This document shows positions 34,590-43,987 of a stretch of DNA of 64,000 nucleotides, in pieces. The stretch covers positions 1,632,001 through 1,696,000 of the forward strand of contig OY729427.2 of assembly GCA_963422375.2 (NCBI GenBank). The letters run 5' to 3'. Position numbers and translations under genes: made by a program. Under the pieces are notes generated by a model that saw only the letters and a list, made by a program, of their open reading frames with translations, was not told the DNA's origin and searched no databases. Source of the stretch: Bryobacterales bacterium (GTDB lineage Bacteria > Acidobacteriota > Terriglobia > Bryobacterales > UBA6623). The stretch's first letter is position 1. The number at the start of each line of letters is the position of its first letter.

Positions 34590-34796
34590 CGCGGCGGCTC
34601 TCCGCTGCGATAAGACGAAGAGCGATTCGATGCGTGCCGTCAGGTCAGTGTATCCCTCGCCCTCGCGGGCAACGATGGGTGACCCGAATTCGATCCGTAC
34701 GGAATCCCGTCGCGGCCGCGAATCGTGACGTGACAGGATCTCGTAGAGTCCTTGGAGGCGTACAGGCACGACAGGCGCTTCGATCCCCAGCGCCAT
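34590..34796 (-). pseudogene. C-terminal fragment of a PlsC-type acyltransferase domain
   Basis: LALGIEAPVVPVRLQGLYEIL...VRIEFGSPI resembles a PlsC C-terminus; upstream part replaced by an IS remnant. Confidence 0.4.
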
Positions 34797-34814
34797 CTGT
34801 CCGATGCTTCTGCA

Positions 34815-35132
34815 ATTGCTTCGGCGAGGAGGTCACCGTGCCGCATTTCTCCGCCGGTGCGCCGAATTGGAACACCATCGAGCACGGCCTGTTCAGCGCC
34901 TTCAGCCGCAACTGAGCCGGCTGTCCGCTCACCAAGTGGAAGACAATCCGCATCTACATCCGCACGCGCCCCGGGCTCCTGTCGATCTCCTGTCGATGCC
35001 GAGCTCGTCGCCGACACCTGCGAGACCGGCGCGAAGGTCTCCGACAAGCAGATGAAGCAACTCGCGATTACCTACCACGACCGCGTGCGCAAGTGGCAGT
35101 ACACGATCAAGCCGCATTCGGCCCAAAGTTGA
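34815..35132 (+). mobile_element. ISAzo13-family transposase C-terminal remnant
   Basis: HFSAGAPNWNTIEHGLFSAFSRN and ETGAKVSDKQMKQL...WQYTIKP match the ISAzo13-type C-terminus; stop and frameshift present. Confidence 0.7.
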
Positions 35133-35200
35133 GAAGGTACTTCTGCGTGACCCCTTAGGCACGCGGGGAATCGCGCCTGACCGCTGGAGTGGCCCGCCGC

Positions 35201-36616
35201 TCAGGCCAGATGCATCACGACCATCTTGGTCTCGGTCATCTCCTCTACGGCGTATTTCGGTCCCTCCTTGCCGAAGCCGCTCTCCTTCAGTCCGCCGTAG
35301 GGCATCAGGTCCGCGCGCCACTGGGTGCCCCAGTTGATGTGGATGTTGCCCGAGTCGACCTCGCGCGCGAAACGCATTGCGTTGTCGAGGCTCTCCGTGA
35401 ACACCGCCGCCGAGAGTCCGTAGTTGGTGTCGTTGGCGCCCGCGATCGCCTCGTCGATCGAATCGAAGCGGGTCAGCCCGACCGCCGGGCCGAACAGCTC
35501 GTCGCACGAGATGCGCATGTCGCTGCGCACGTCGGCCACGATCGCCGGCTCGACGACGGCCCGTTCGCGCGAGCCGCCCGTCAGCACGCGGCCGCCCGAG
35601 GCGGCGGCGTCCCGGATCCACTGCTCGACCCGCGCCGCGTCGGATTCGCGCACCATCGGCCCGACCCGCACGCTCTCGTCGAGCGGGTCGCCCGTTCGCA
35701 GCGCGCCCACGCGGGGCCGGAGGCAATCCAGCAGGTCGCTGTAGACCTTGCCGTGGGTCAGGATGCGCTGCGCGCTGATGCAGACTTGGCCCGCGTTGGA
35801 ATAGCCCGTTGCCACGATTGCGCTGGCGGCCTTGTCGAGGTCGGCGTCCGGCAGCACGACGACGGGCGAGTTGCTGCCGAGCTCCATGGTGACCTTCTTG
35901 AGCCCGGCGGTCTTGCAGATGGCCTCGCCGACGTCGCGGCTGCCCGTGAAGCTGATCTTGCGGATGCGCGGGTCGGCGCACAGCTGGCGCCCGATTTCGC
36001 CGCCTGATCCCGTCACGACCTGGATTGCCTCGGGCGGCAGGCCGGCATCGAGGAGGATCAGCGCGAATTTCAGGGCCACTAGCGGCGTGTCCGTCGCGGG
36101 CTTGAGGATGACGCTGTTCCCGGCCGCGAACGCAGGTCCGACCTTGTGGCAGACGAGGTTCAGCGGGAAATTGAACGGCGTCACCGCCAGGACGACGCCG
36201 CAGGGCACCCGCAGGGTGAACCCGAAGCGGTTGCCCGCGCCCGGGGCGCCGTCGAGAGGGACGACCTCCGAACCCAGCCGCTTGGCTTCCTCGGCGGAGC
36301 CGACGATGGTCTCCCGGGCGCGATCGACCTCCATGCGCGCCTCGCCGATGATCTTGCCCTCCTCGAGGGTGATCGTCCGCGCGAGATCCTCGAGACGCTC
36401 CTCCATCAGCGCGGCCGCCCGCATGAGGAGCTTGGACCGCTCGTAGCCGGGAATCGCCCGGACGCGCTTCGCGCCCTCGGCGGCGTACGCGACGGCCCGG
36501 TCGACGTCTTCGCTGGACGCACTCGGGATGGTGTCGACCTCGCTCCCGTCGTAGGGGTTCAGTACGGGGATGGTACCGGCCCCTCGGGCCCAGTCGCCGG
36601 CGATCAGCATTTCCAT
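35201..36616 (-). CDS. Aldehyde dehydrogenase family protein
   Basis: TPFNFPLNL, KPA, SFTGS, ELGSNSP, GQVCIS, ELFGP, PYGGLKESG; GGGAGG before ATG 36616. Confidence 0.95.
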   Translation of the reverse strand: MEMLIAGDWARGAGTIPVLNPYDGSEVDTIPSASSEDVDRAVAYAAEGAKRVRAIPGYERSKLLMRAAALMEERLEDLARTITLEEGKIIGEARMEVDRARETIVGSAEEAKRLGSEVVPLDGAPGAGNRFGFTLRVPCGVVLAVTPFNFPLNLVCHKVGPAFAAGNSVILKPATDTPLVALKFALILLDAGLPPEAIQVVTGSGGEIGRQLCADPRIRKISFTGSRDVGEAICKTAGLKKVTMELGSNSPVVVLPDADLDKAASAIVATGYSNAGQVCISAQRILTHGKVYSDLLDCLRPRVGALRTGDPLDESVRVGPMVRESDAARVEQWIRDAAASGGRVLTGGSRERAVVEPAIVADVRSDMRISCDELFGPAVGLTRFDSIDEAIAGANDTNYGLSAAVFTESLDNAMRFAREVDSGNIHINWGTQWRADLMPYGGLKESGFGKEGPKYAVEEMTETKMVVMHLA

Positions 36617-36774
36617 GTGCGGCCTCCCGCGCCGCTCCCGGCGCGAATACTGAATCATGGCGAGTTTTCGGCGCGGCTGTCAAGAAGGGGCAGCCGCCGG
36701 CGGGAATGTACAATCGCAAGTTCGCGCGGGCTGGCCCGGATGCTCTCCGGCTGTCGTCGCGGCGGCCCGCTCGC

Positions 36775-38235
36775 ATGTCCGAGAATTCCCAGGCCGGCGG
36801 CCGCAGGGTCGTGGCGGTCGGTCCCATGCCGCCCGAGAAGAGCGCCTACGCGCTCGCGCGCTACAGCCGGTCACCCGACTCGATCCGCGCCAGCTTGGAG
36901 TGGGTGCGCAGCCGCAGCTCGGAGCGGTTCCTCGAGAGCTTCTACTTCCAGTACGGGCATGCGTCGATCGCGGATCTCGGGCACTGCATCTTCTGCTTCG
37001 AGGGCGTTTCGGAACTCGCGGCCATCGAGATCGAGGACGAGCGGCTATGGGACGGCCAGGCCAAGTCCAGCCGCTACCAGGACTTCTCGCTCGGAAGCGT
37101 GGTCGTGCCCGACGAACTGCGCGGCATGCCCTTGGAACGGACCTACCTAGAAGCTGCCGGCAGACTCCTGCAGGCCTACCGGCAGGTCAGGGAAGCGGTC
37201 CGAGGCCATCTGGAAGAACTCAACCCCAAGCCCCGGGGCATGCCCGCAAGGGCGTACGCCCGCGCGCTGACGGCCCGCGCCTGCGACGATGCCCGCTACC
37301 TCCTGTTCGGGGGCATCCCGACGAATGTCGGCCAGGTCTCGAGCATCCGGACGCTCGAGAAGCAGATGCGGCGCATGGGAGTGTCCGAGTACGGCGAGGT
37401 GCGCTCCCTCGCCGCCGAGATGCACGAGGCCTGCGCGCGGCCCCCGGCCTTCGGCTGGGACGAGACGCCCGCGAGCGAGCCGATCGCGCCGACGCTGGCC
37501 CGGCACGCCGACCCGGACCTCCCCAGGGCCGCGGCGCTGGATCGCGTGGCGGCTTGGGCGCGCCAGAACTTTCCCGCCGGCGACTCCTCCCCGGTGCGCG
37601 ACGTGGACCTTGTCGTGCCGGAGGACCCGCTGGACGAGACGGTGGCGACCTGGCTCTATGCGGTAACGGACCTGCCTTTCCGGCTGATACTGGACGAAGT
37701 GAGCAACTGGAGCCGCGCGCGCCGGGCGGAGGTGCTGGACGTCGCTCTCGAGGGGCGCGGCCGCCGCGACGAGCTGATGAACCCCTTCCGCAGCGGCTAC
37801 CGCTACGCCTTCGACATCGTCTGCGACCTAGGGGCGTATCGCGACCTGCACCGCCATCGCCGCTGCCAGCAGGTCCGGCAGAAGTTCGGCGACGCGCTGG
37901 GTTTCGACGCCCCGGACTGGGTCGGCGCCGCCGGTGTCGCGGGAGTGTTCACGGCCGCGGTGGCGGCCGCGCGAGAGGCTCGCGGGAAGGTCCGGGCGGT
38001 TTCGGAGGAAGCCGGACACTACCTGCTGCCGTTCGCGACGAGATGCCGCTCCCTCTTCAAAATGGACTTCGCGGAGGCGGAATACATCGCCCGGGTCCGG
38101 TCTGGAGTCAAGGGTCACTACTCGTACCGCCGGATCGCGTGGGAGATGCGGGAGCGCGTCTCCGAGTTGGACCCGGAGCTGGGGCGGCTGATGCAGGCCA
38201 CCCCTCCCTCGGAGAAAGACCCGCTGACTCGCTGA
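36775..38235 (+). CDS. thyX: FAD-dependent thymidylate synthase, tandem-domain ThyX type
   Basis: ALARYSRS, YGHASIADL, KSSRYQDF, and C-terminal RDLHRHR. Confidence 0.82.
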   Translation: MSENSQAGGRRVVAVGPMPPEKSAYALARYSRSPDSIRASLEWVRSRSSERFLESFYFQYGHASIADLGHCIFCFEGVSELAAIEIEDERLWDGQAKSSRYQDFSLGSVVVPDELRGMPLERTYLEAAGRLLQAYRQVREAVRGHLEELNPKPRGMPARAYARALTARACDDARYLLFGGIPTNVGQVSSIRTLEKQMRRMGVSEYGEVRSLAAEMHEACARPPAFGWDETPASEPIAPTLARHADPDLPRAAALDRVAAWARQNFPAGDSSPVRDVDLVVPEDPLDETVATWLYAVTDLPFRLILDEVSNWSRARRAEVLDVALEGRGRRDELMNPFRSGYRYAFDIVCDLGAYRDLHRHRRCQQVRQKFGDALGFDAPDWVGAAGVAGVFTAAVAAAREARGKVRAVSEEAGHYLLPFATRCRSLFKMDFAEAEYIARVRSGVKGHYSYRRIAWEMRERVSELDPELGRLMQATPPSEKDPLTR

Positions 38236-38250
38236 GCCGGGCTGGAACCG

Positions 38251-38904
38251 ATGATCCGCGGCGCGATCTTCGATCTCGACGGGACTCTGGGCGACACCCT
38301 GCCGGTGTGCTTCGCGGCGTTCGCTCGCGTTCTCGGCCGGCGGCTCGGCCGCGCCTTCGCCGACAGCGAGATCCGTGCCATGTTCGGCCCGAGCGAGGAA
38401 GGGATACTGGGCGGGCTCTGCGGCGACGACCGGGAGGCGGCCGTCGCGGAATACCTGCGCGAGTACAGGCTGGCGCATGCCATGTGCCCGCGGCCGTTCC
38501 CGGGCATGCGGGAGGTGCTCCAGATGCTGCGCGAGCGGGGCGTCGAGCTGGCGATCGTAACCGGCAAGGGAGCGCGCAGCGCGCGCATCTCGTTGGAGAT
38601 CTTCGGACTCGAGGGCGTCTTTCCGGTGGTGGAGGCCGGCTCGCCCGCGGGCGGGGTCAAGCCTCAGGCCATGCGGCGGGTGCTCGACCGCTGGCCGATG
38701 CCGCTGTCCGACGTGGTGGCGGTCGGGGACTCCCCGTCCGACATCCGGTCCGCAGCGCGGGTGGGCGTCGCGAGTGTCGCGGCGGCTTGGGCGCCAGGCG
38801 CGGACGCCGCGAGGCTGGCCGCCTGCCGCCCCGGCCGCCTGTTCCGCGAGGTCGGCGAGCTAGGTGCTTGGCTGGAGGAAGCCGTCGCGCCGGTCAGACG
38901 ATGA
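38251..38904 (+). CDS. HAD family hydrolase (phosphoglycolate phosphatase-like)
   Basis: FDLDGTL, VTGK, KP, VGDSPSD. Confidence 0.9.
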   Translation: MIRGAIFDLDGTLGDTLPVCFAAFARVLGRRLGRAFADSEIRAMFGPSEEGILGGLCGDDREAAVAEYLREYRLAHAMCPRPFPGMREVLQMLRERGVELAIVTGKGARSARISLEIFGLEGVFPVVEAGSPAGGVKPQAMRRVLDRWPMPLSDVVAVGDSPSDIRSAARVGVASVAAAWAPGADAARLAACRPGRLFREVGELGAWLEEAVAPVRR

Positions 38905-39937
38905 GCATGCAGTCGCCGTACGAATAGAAGCGGTAGCGCTTGCGCACCGCGTGGGCGTAGGCCTCCAGGACGAGCTCCGTTCCCGCGAACGCCGCCACCA
39001 GCATCAGCAGGGTCGACTTGGGCAGGTGGAAGTTGGTCAGCAGCCCGCCGGTCGCGCGGAAGCGGTGCCCGGGCGTGATGAACAGGTCGGTCTTGCCCCT
39101 CGCCGGTCCCAGCGGACCCTCGGTCCGTGCGGCCGCGGACTCGATCGCCCGCACCGCGGTGGTCCCGACGGCGATGGTTCGCTGCGCCGCCCGCAGCGCT
39201 GCGCACGCTTGCGCGGATACGTCGAAGCGCTCCGCATGCATGCGGTGATCCCGGACCCGCCGCACCGCTACCGGCCGGAAGGTGCCTGCCCCGACGTGCA
39301 GCGTGATCGCGGCGACGGCGACGCCTCGGGCGCGGACGGCCTCCAAGACGGCCGCGTCGAAATGCAGCCCGGCGGTGGGGGCCGCGACCGACCCGCCCCG
39401 TCGTGCGAACACGGTCTGGTAGCGCTCGCGGTCGGCTCCGTCGGCCTCCCGGCGGATGTACGGGGGCAGGGGAACGCGGCCGCGCTCGGCCAGCAGCCGC
39501 TCGACGCCTGCCGCGTCGAGACCCGGGAACTCGACGATCCGGATCCCGTCTCCGAGGCGGTCGAGGATCCGCGCCTCGATCCCTCCCACGTCCACCGTCG
39601 CGCCCTCCGGCAGCTTCCGGCCCGGGCGCACGAGCGCTCTCCAGCGTGGGGGCGTACCGGGCACCGGCTCGAGCAGCAGGAGCTCGGCCGCTCCGCCGGG
39701 CCCCGCGGCCGCCGGCGGCCGCCGGCGGCCGCGCAACCGAGCCGCCAGAACGCGGCTGTCGTTCACGACGAGGCAGTCCCCGAGGCCGAGGCGGTCCGGC
39801 AGGTCGCGGAACAGCGCGTCCTCCCACGTCCCCGCACCCCGGTCGAGCACCAGCATGCGGGCACCCGAACGCTCCGCCGGGGGGCGCTGAGCGATCAGGC
39901 TGGCGGGCAGGTCGTAGTCGAAGTCCGACGCCTGCAA
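38894..39937 (-). CDS. queA: S-adenosylmethionine:tRNA ribosyltransferase-isomerase
   Basis: DFDYDLP..LIAQRP, PLPPYI, YQTVFA, AAPTAGLHF, TNFHLPKSTL, YRFYSYGD. Confidence 0.97.
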   Translation of the reverse strand: MQASDFDYDLPASLIAQRPPAERSGARMLVLDRGAGTWEDALFRDLPDRLGLGDCLVVNDSRVLAARLRGRRRPPAAAGPGGAAELLLLEPVPGTPPRWRALVRPGRKLPEGATVDVGGIEARILDRLGDGIRIVEFPGLDAAGVERLLAERGRVPLPPYIRREADGADRERYQTVFARRGGSVAAPTAGLHFDAAVLEAVRARGVAVAAITLHVGAGTFRPVAVRRVRDHRMHAERFDVSAQACAALRAAQRTIAVGTTAVRAIESAAARTEGPLGPARGKTDLFITPGHRFRATGGLLTNFHLPKSTLLMLVAAFAGTELVLEAYAHAVRKRYRFYSYGDCMLIV

Positions 39938-39975
39938 GCCCCATTCTAGGAACGATCGCGGCGCCTGCCGCGGAA

Positions 39976-40030
39976 TTCACAGACCCTTAATCAACCTGAC
40001 ACCTGCGGTTAACGCCCTGCGCGCTAGCCT
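39976..40030 (+). promoter_or_regulatory. Pho-box-like 11-bp-period direct repeats with a -10 element
   Basis: TTCAC (39976), TTAAT (39987), GACAC (39998), TTAAC (40009), then TAGCCT (40025), upstream of the PhoB-like regulator. Confidence 0.55.
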
Positions 40031-40044
40031 CGATTTAAACGCTG

Positions 40045-40731
40045 ATGTCGCCGAAGGTCGTGGTCGTCGAAGACGACAGGGATCTGGCCGGCCTCCTCCG
40101 CTATGCGTTCGAGCAGGAAGGGTTCGCCTTCGCCGACACGCACGACGGCCTGACCGCGCCGGAGTTCTGCCAGCGCGAGCAGCCGGACGTGATCGTGCTG
40201 GACGTCATGCTGCCCGGCCTGGACGGATTCTCTGTCTGCCGTCTCATTCGCCAGGTCCCGTGCCTGCGCGAGACGCCGGTCGTTTTCCTGACGGCCCGCT
40301 CCGCGGAGGCCGACCGGCTCCGCGGCTTGGAGATTGGCGGCGACGACTATGTCGTCAAGCCCTTCTCCGTCCGCGAGCTCGTCGCGCGGGTCAAGCTCCG
40401 GTTGCGCGGCCGCGGCGGGCTCCAGACGGTGTACCGTCTGGGCGCGCTCGAGCTCGACCAGGAGCGCCGAGAGGTGCGCTTGCGCGGCCGGCCCGTTGGG
40501 GTGACTGCCACGGAGTTCCAGATCTTGGAACGGATGCTGCGCCAGCCCGGCCGCGTCTTCAGCCGCGACAGCCTGCTGAACGCCGTGTGGGGCGTCGCCT
40601 GCAACGTCACGGACCGCACGGTGGACGTGCATATCCGGCGCTTGCGCCGGAAGCTGGAGAAGGACCCATCGCGGCCCAGGTACATCCGCTCGGTGCGCGG
40701 CTTCGGCTACACCGTGCGCGACGCGGACTGA
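40045..40731 (+). CDS. OmpR/PhoB-family response regulator
   Basis: VVEDD, LDVMLPGLDG, DDYVVKPFS, RTVDVHIRRLRRKL, VRGFGY. Confidence 0.95.
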   Translation: MSPKVVVVEDDRDLAGLLRYAFEQEGFAFADTHDGLTAPEFCQREQPDVIVLDVMLPGLDGFSVCRLIRQVPCLRETPVVFLTARSAEADRLRGLEIGGDDYVVKPFSVRELVARVKLRLRGRGGLQTVYRLGALELDQERREVRLRGRPVGVTATEFQILERMLRQPGRVFSRDSLLNAVWGVACNVTDRTVDVHIRRLRRKLEKDPSRPRYIRSVRGFGYTVRDAD

Positions 40732-40847
40732 GCTGCATGGGAGCGTTGCGCGGACGGACGCGGCGACGAGAGCGTCGGGATCAGCCCGAGACGTAGCCGG
40801 GCGGTCCCGGCCATGCGATTCGGGGGAATGAGCGAAGGGACTCTGCA

Positions 40848-43646
40848 ATGCGTGTTTTCATTTTCAAGCTCGCGCTAGCAGCGCTGGTGGCGCTTCCGGG
40901 CGTGTCGCCGCTGCCGGCGCAGGACAGCGGCGGAACGGTGCTCGGATTCGTCTACGACGCGTCCACGGGCAAGGCGATTCCGCAGGTCGAGGTCGAAGTG
41001 ACGGGCGAGGTCACCGTGACCGCGGTCACGACCGTCGAGGGCAGCTTCATGATCGACGGCGTGCCCGCCGGGGTCTACACCGTCAGCTACCTGTCGGAGA
41101 ACCACCAGGCCGTGAACGTCGAGGGCTTGGAGGTCCTTGCGGGCGAGGTCGCCGACGCCAGCACCGTGATGTCCGCCAGGGGCGAGAAGACGGTGGTCGA
41201 CGTCGTGTCGACCGTGGCGGCCTCGGTCGCCACCCAGGAGGCCATGCTGGTCGAGCGCAGGCTCGCAGCGACGGTCTCCGACACGATTAGCGCGGAAGAG
41301 ATCCGTGGCGGCACGGCGTCCGACGCGTCCGAGGCCATCGAGAAGGTGACCGGCGTCACGACCATGAACGACTTCGTCTTCGTGCGGGGCCTCGACCCGC
41401 GCTACAGCGGCACGACGCTGAACAACGCCTTGCTCGCGAGCACCGAGCCCGAGCGGCGCGTCGTTCCCTTGGATCTATTTCCCGCCAGCCTGATCGACAG
41501 CATCAAGGTGCAGAAGACCTACTCCCCCGACCTGCCCGGCGAGTTCTCGGCGGGCCTCGTGCAGGTGGAGACGACCGAGTTCCCGACGCGCCCGACGCTG
41601 ACCGTCAGCTACTCGATCGGGTACAACACCCAGACCCAGGGCCGCAGATTCCTCGACTATCCCGGCGGGGCTAGGGATTTCTTCGGCTTCGACGACGGAT
41701 CCAGGGCCCTGCCCGCCGTCATTCCGGCCGACAAGCGCGTGGACCGTCTCACCTTCAGCCGCGACGAGCTCCGGGAAATGGGGCGCGCCTTTTCCAACAA
41801 CTGGGAGCGCGCGCCGGTGGATCTGAGCCGACCCGCGATGAGCTGGAACGTCGTCGCCGGCAACTCGTTCGGGAAGCTGGGCCTGGTCGGCGCGCTAACG
41901 TTCTCCAACTCGCTGAGGTCGATCTTCGACCAGCGGCGCAACTACTACCTCCCCAACCCGCAGGCCGCGCTCGGCGAGGCCAACGCGGGGCCGCCGGTGC
42001 TCGCCAGCGAGTTCGCCTACGACGAATCGACGGAGTCGGTGCGGCTCGGCGGCGTCCTGAACCTGTCCTACCAGTTCGCCCCGGCTCACAAGCTGTCGCT
42101 GCGGAACTTCTTGTCGCGGGACACCGACGACGCGACGCGCTACTACGAGGGCTTCTACCAGGACTTCAACACCGATATCCGCAACCAGCGCCTGCGCTAC
42201 ATCGAGCGCACGATCCGGAACTCGCAGGTCGAGGGTGAGCACCTCTTCACAGGCCTGAACAACAGCGTCTTGACTTGGGCCATGTCCTACTCGAAGGCCA
42301 CGCGCGACGAGCCCGACCTGCGCGAGAGCCTGCAGATCTACCAGCCGCGCACGGACTCGTTCGTCTTCTTCGACGATAGCCAGAGCGCGTTCCGCATGTT
42401 CAACGACTTGGACGAGACCATGCTCAATCCGTCTGTCGACCTGCTGGTGCCCTTCTACAGGGGCTCGTTCAGCGGTGCCGTCAAGTTCGGAGCCAACTAC
42501 GCCTCCCGGGGCCGCAACTTCCGCTCGCGGCGCTTCCGCCTGAACCTGCGCAGCTCGCGGGGCATCGATCTCAAGCTCCCCCCCAACGACCTGTTCTCGG
42601 AGGAGCACATCCGTCCCCGCGGCTTCGAGCTGAACGAGACGACCCGCGTAACCGACGCCTACCGCGGCACGCGCGACGTGCTCGCGTATTACGGCATGGT
42701 CGAGCTGAACCTGGCCTCTCGGTGGCGCGTCATCGGCGGCCTGCGGATCGAGGACGTCGACCAGGACGTCACGACCTTTAATCAGTTCCTGCCGGCGACG
42801 GGCCGCGAGCCCGCTCCGTTTGAGACCACCAACGTCCTGCCCGGCGTCAACGCGATCTATTCGCTGACGCCCAAGCAGAACCTGCGCGTCGGCTACAGCC
42901 AGACCGTCTCCCGGCCCGACTTCCGCGAGCTGGCCCGCTTCGGCTTCCTGGATCTCGTCGGCGGCCTCCAGACGATCGGCAACCCGGAGCTGGTCCAGAC
43001 CGACATTTCGAACTACGACGTGCGCTGGGAGTACTTCCCGGGGAGCAACCAGCTCCTCGCGGCCAGCTTCTTCTACAAGAACTTCGAGCGCCCGATCGAG
43101 CAGACGATGATCGCGGCCGTGGCCCTGCTACGCACCTACTCCAACGCGAACGCGGCTCGCAACGCGGGCTTCGAGCTCGAGTTCCGTCGCGGGCTCAACT
43201 TCCTATCGCCCATGATGCGGGAGTTCGCGGTCTCGTCGAACTTCACGTTCGTGGACTCGAACATCGATTTGGAGAACGTCGACGATACGATCGTCCTGAC
43301 GTCGCTGAACCGCCCGATGCAGGGGCAGTCCCGCTACGTCGCGAACGTGATCGGCGAGTGGTCCAGGCCGAAGGCGAGGAGCACCGCGCGCTACTACCTG
43401 AACTACTTCTCGAGTCGGATCACCGATGTCGGTGCCTTCGGCCTGCCCGACGTAGTCCAGGACGGCCTGGCGACGATGGACCTCGTCTACGAATTCACGC
43501 TCAAGGGCGACGACCGCTGGAAACTGCGGTTTGCCGCGGAGAATCTCAACAACGCCCGCTGGTTCCTCACGCAGGGCGGCGAGACGTTTCTAGCCTATCG
43601 CGAGGGACGGACGCTCACGGTCGGCACGAGTTTCCGCGTCTTCTAG
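40848..43646 (+). CDS. TonB-dependent receptor with N-terminal carboxypeptidase-regulatory-like domain
   Basis: Signal peptide, GFVYDASTG, plug VRGLDPRY..PLDLFP, RPDFREL, GNPEL, C-terminal Phe. Confidence 0.92.
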   Translation: MRVFIFKLALAALVALPGVSPLPAQDSGGTVLGFVYDASTGKAIPQVEVEVTGEVTVTAVTTVEGSFMIDGVPAGVYTVSYLSENHQAVNVEGLEVLAGEVADASTVMSARGEKTVVDVVSTVAASVATQEAMLVERRLAATVSDTISAEEIRGGTASDASEAIEKVTGVTTMNDFVFVRGLDPRYSGTTLNNALLASTEPERRVVPLDLFPASLIDSIKVQKTYSPDLPGEFSAGLVQVETTEFPTRPTLTVSYSIGYNTQTQGRRFLDYPGGARDFFGFDDGSRALPAVIPADKRVDRLTFSRDELREMGRAFSNNWERAPVDLSRPAMSWNVVAGNSFGKLGLVGALTFSNSLRSIFDQRRNYYLPNPQAALGEANAGPPVLASEFAYDESTESVRLGGVLNLSYQFAPAHKLSLRNFLSRDTDDATRYYEGFYQDFNTDIRNQRLRYIERTIRNSQVEGEHLFTGLNNSVLTWAMSYSKATRDEPDLRESLQIYQPRTDSFVFFDDSQSAFRMFNDLDETMLNPSVDLLVPFYRGSFSGAVKFGANYASRGRNFRSRRFRLNLRSSRGIDLKLPPNDLFSEEHIRPRGFELNETTRVTDAYRGTRDVLAYYGMVELNLASRWRVIGGLRIEDVDQDVTTFNQFLPATGREPAPFETTNVLPGVNAIYSLTPKQNLRVGYSQTVSRPDFRELARFGFLDLVGGLQTIGNPELVQTDISNYDVRWEYFPGSNQLLAASFFYKNFERPIEQTMIAAVALLRTYSNANAARNAGFELEFRRGLNFLSPMMREFAVSSNFTFVDSNIDLENVDDTIVLTSLNRPMQGQSRYVANVIGEWSRPKARSTARYYLNYFSSRITDVGAFGLPDVVQDGLATMDLVYEFTLKGDDRWKLRFAAENLNNARWFLTQGGETFLAYREGRTLTVGTSFRVF

Positions 43647-43987
43647 CCTCGCCGGCCTGACGGGGCGCGGAGCTGCGCTTCAACCGGCGAGGAATCCAGT
43701 ACTTTGACTCCGTGCAGGAAGGCTTGACGGTTCGATATCCCGTCCTCCGGACGGTTCATTCCAGCCAATAGGACTGCTCGGATGACGCCGGTCGTCGCAG
43801 GTAAGCCGACACGTTTAGCCGCGCAAATCATGGTCCGCGTTTCCCCGGGTATAGAGGACAGGACCTGCCGACGGAGGACGGATTCGACAGGCATTCGGTG
43901 AGGGACGCGGATCCGGTCGGCCCAATCGGATCCCGTCGCACGGTGCGGCGGTCGATGCGCCGATCGGTGATACACTTCCATTTGGCA

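Noticed and set aside
43875..43900. GGATTCGACAGG resembling a tmRNA 5' end
   Set aside because: No GGGG acceptor start, no matching 3' TCCACCA end, and it would run into lpdA.
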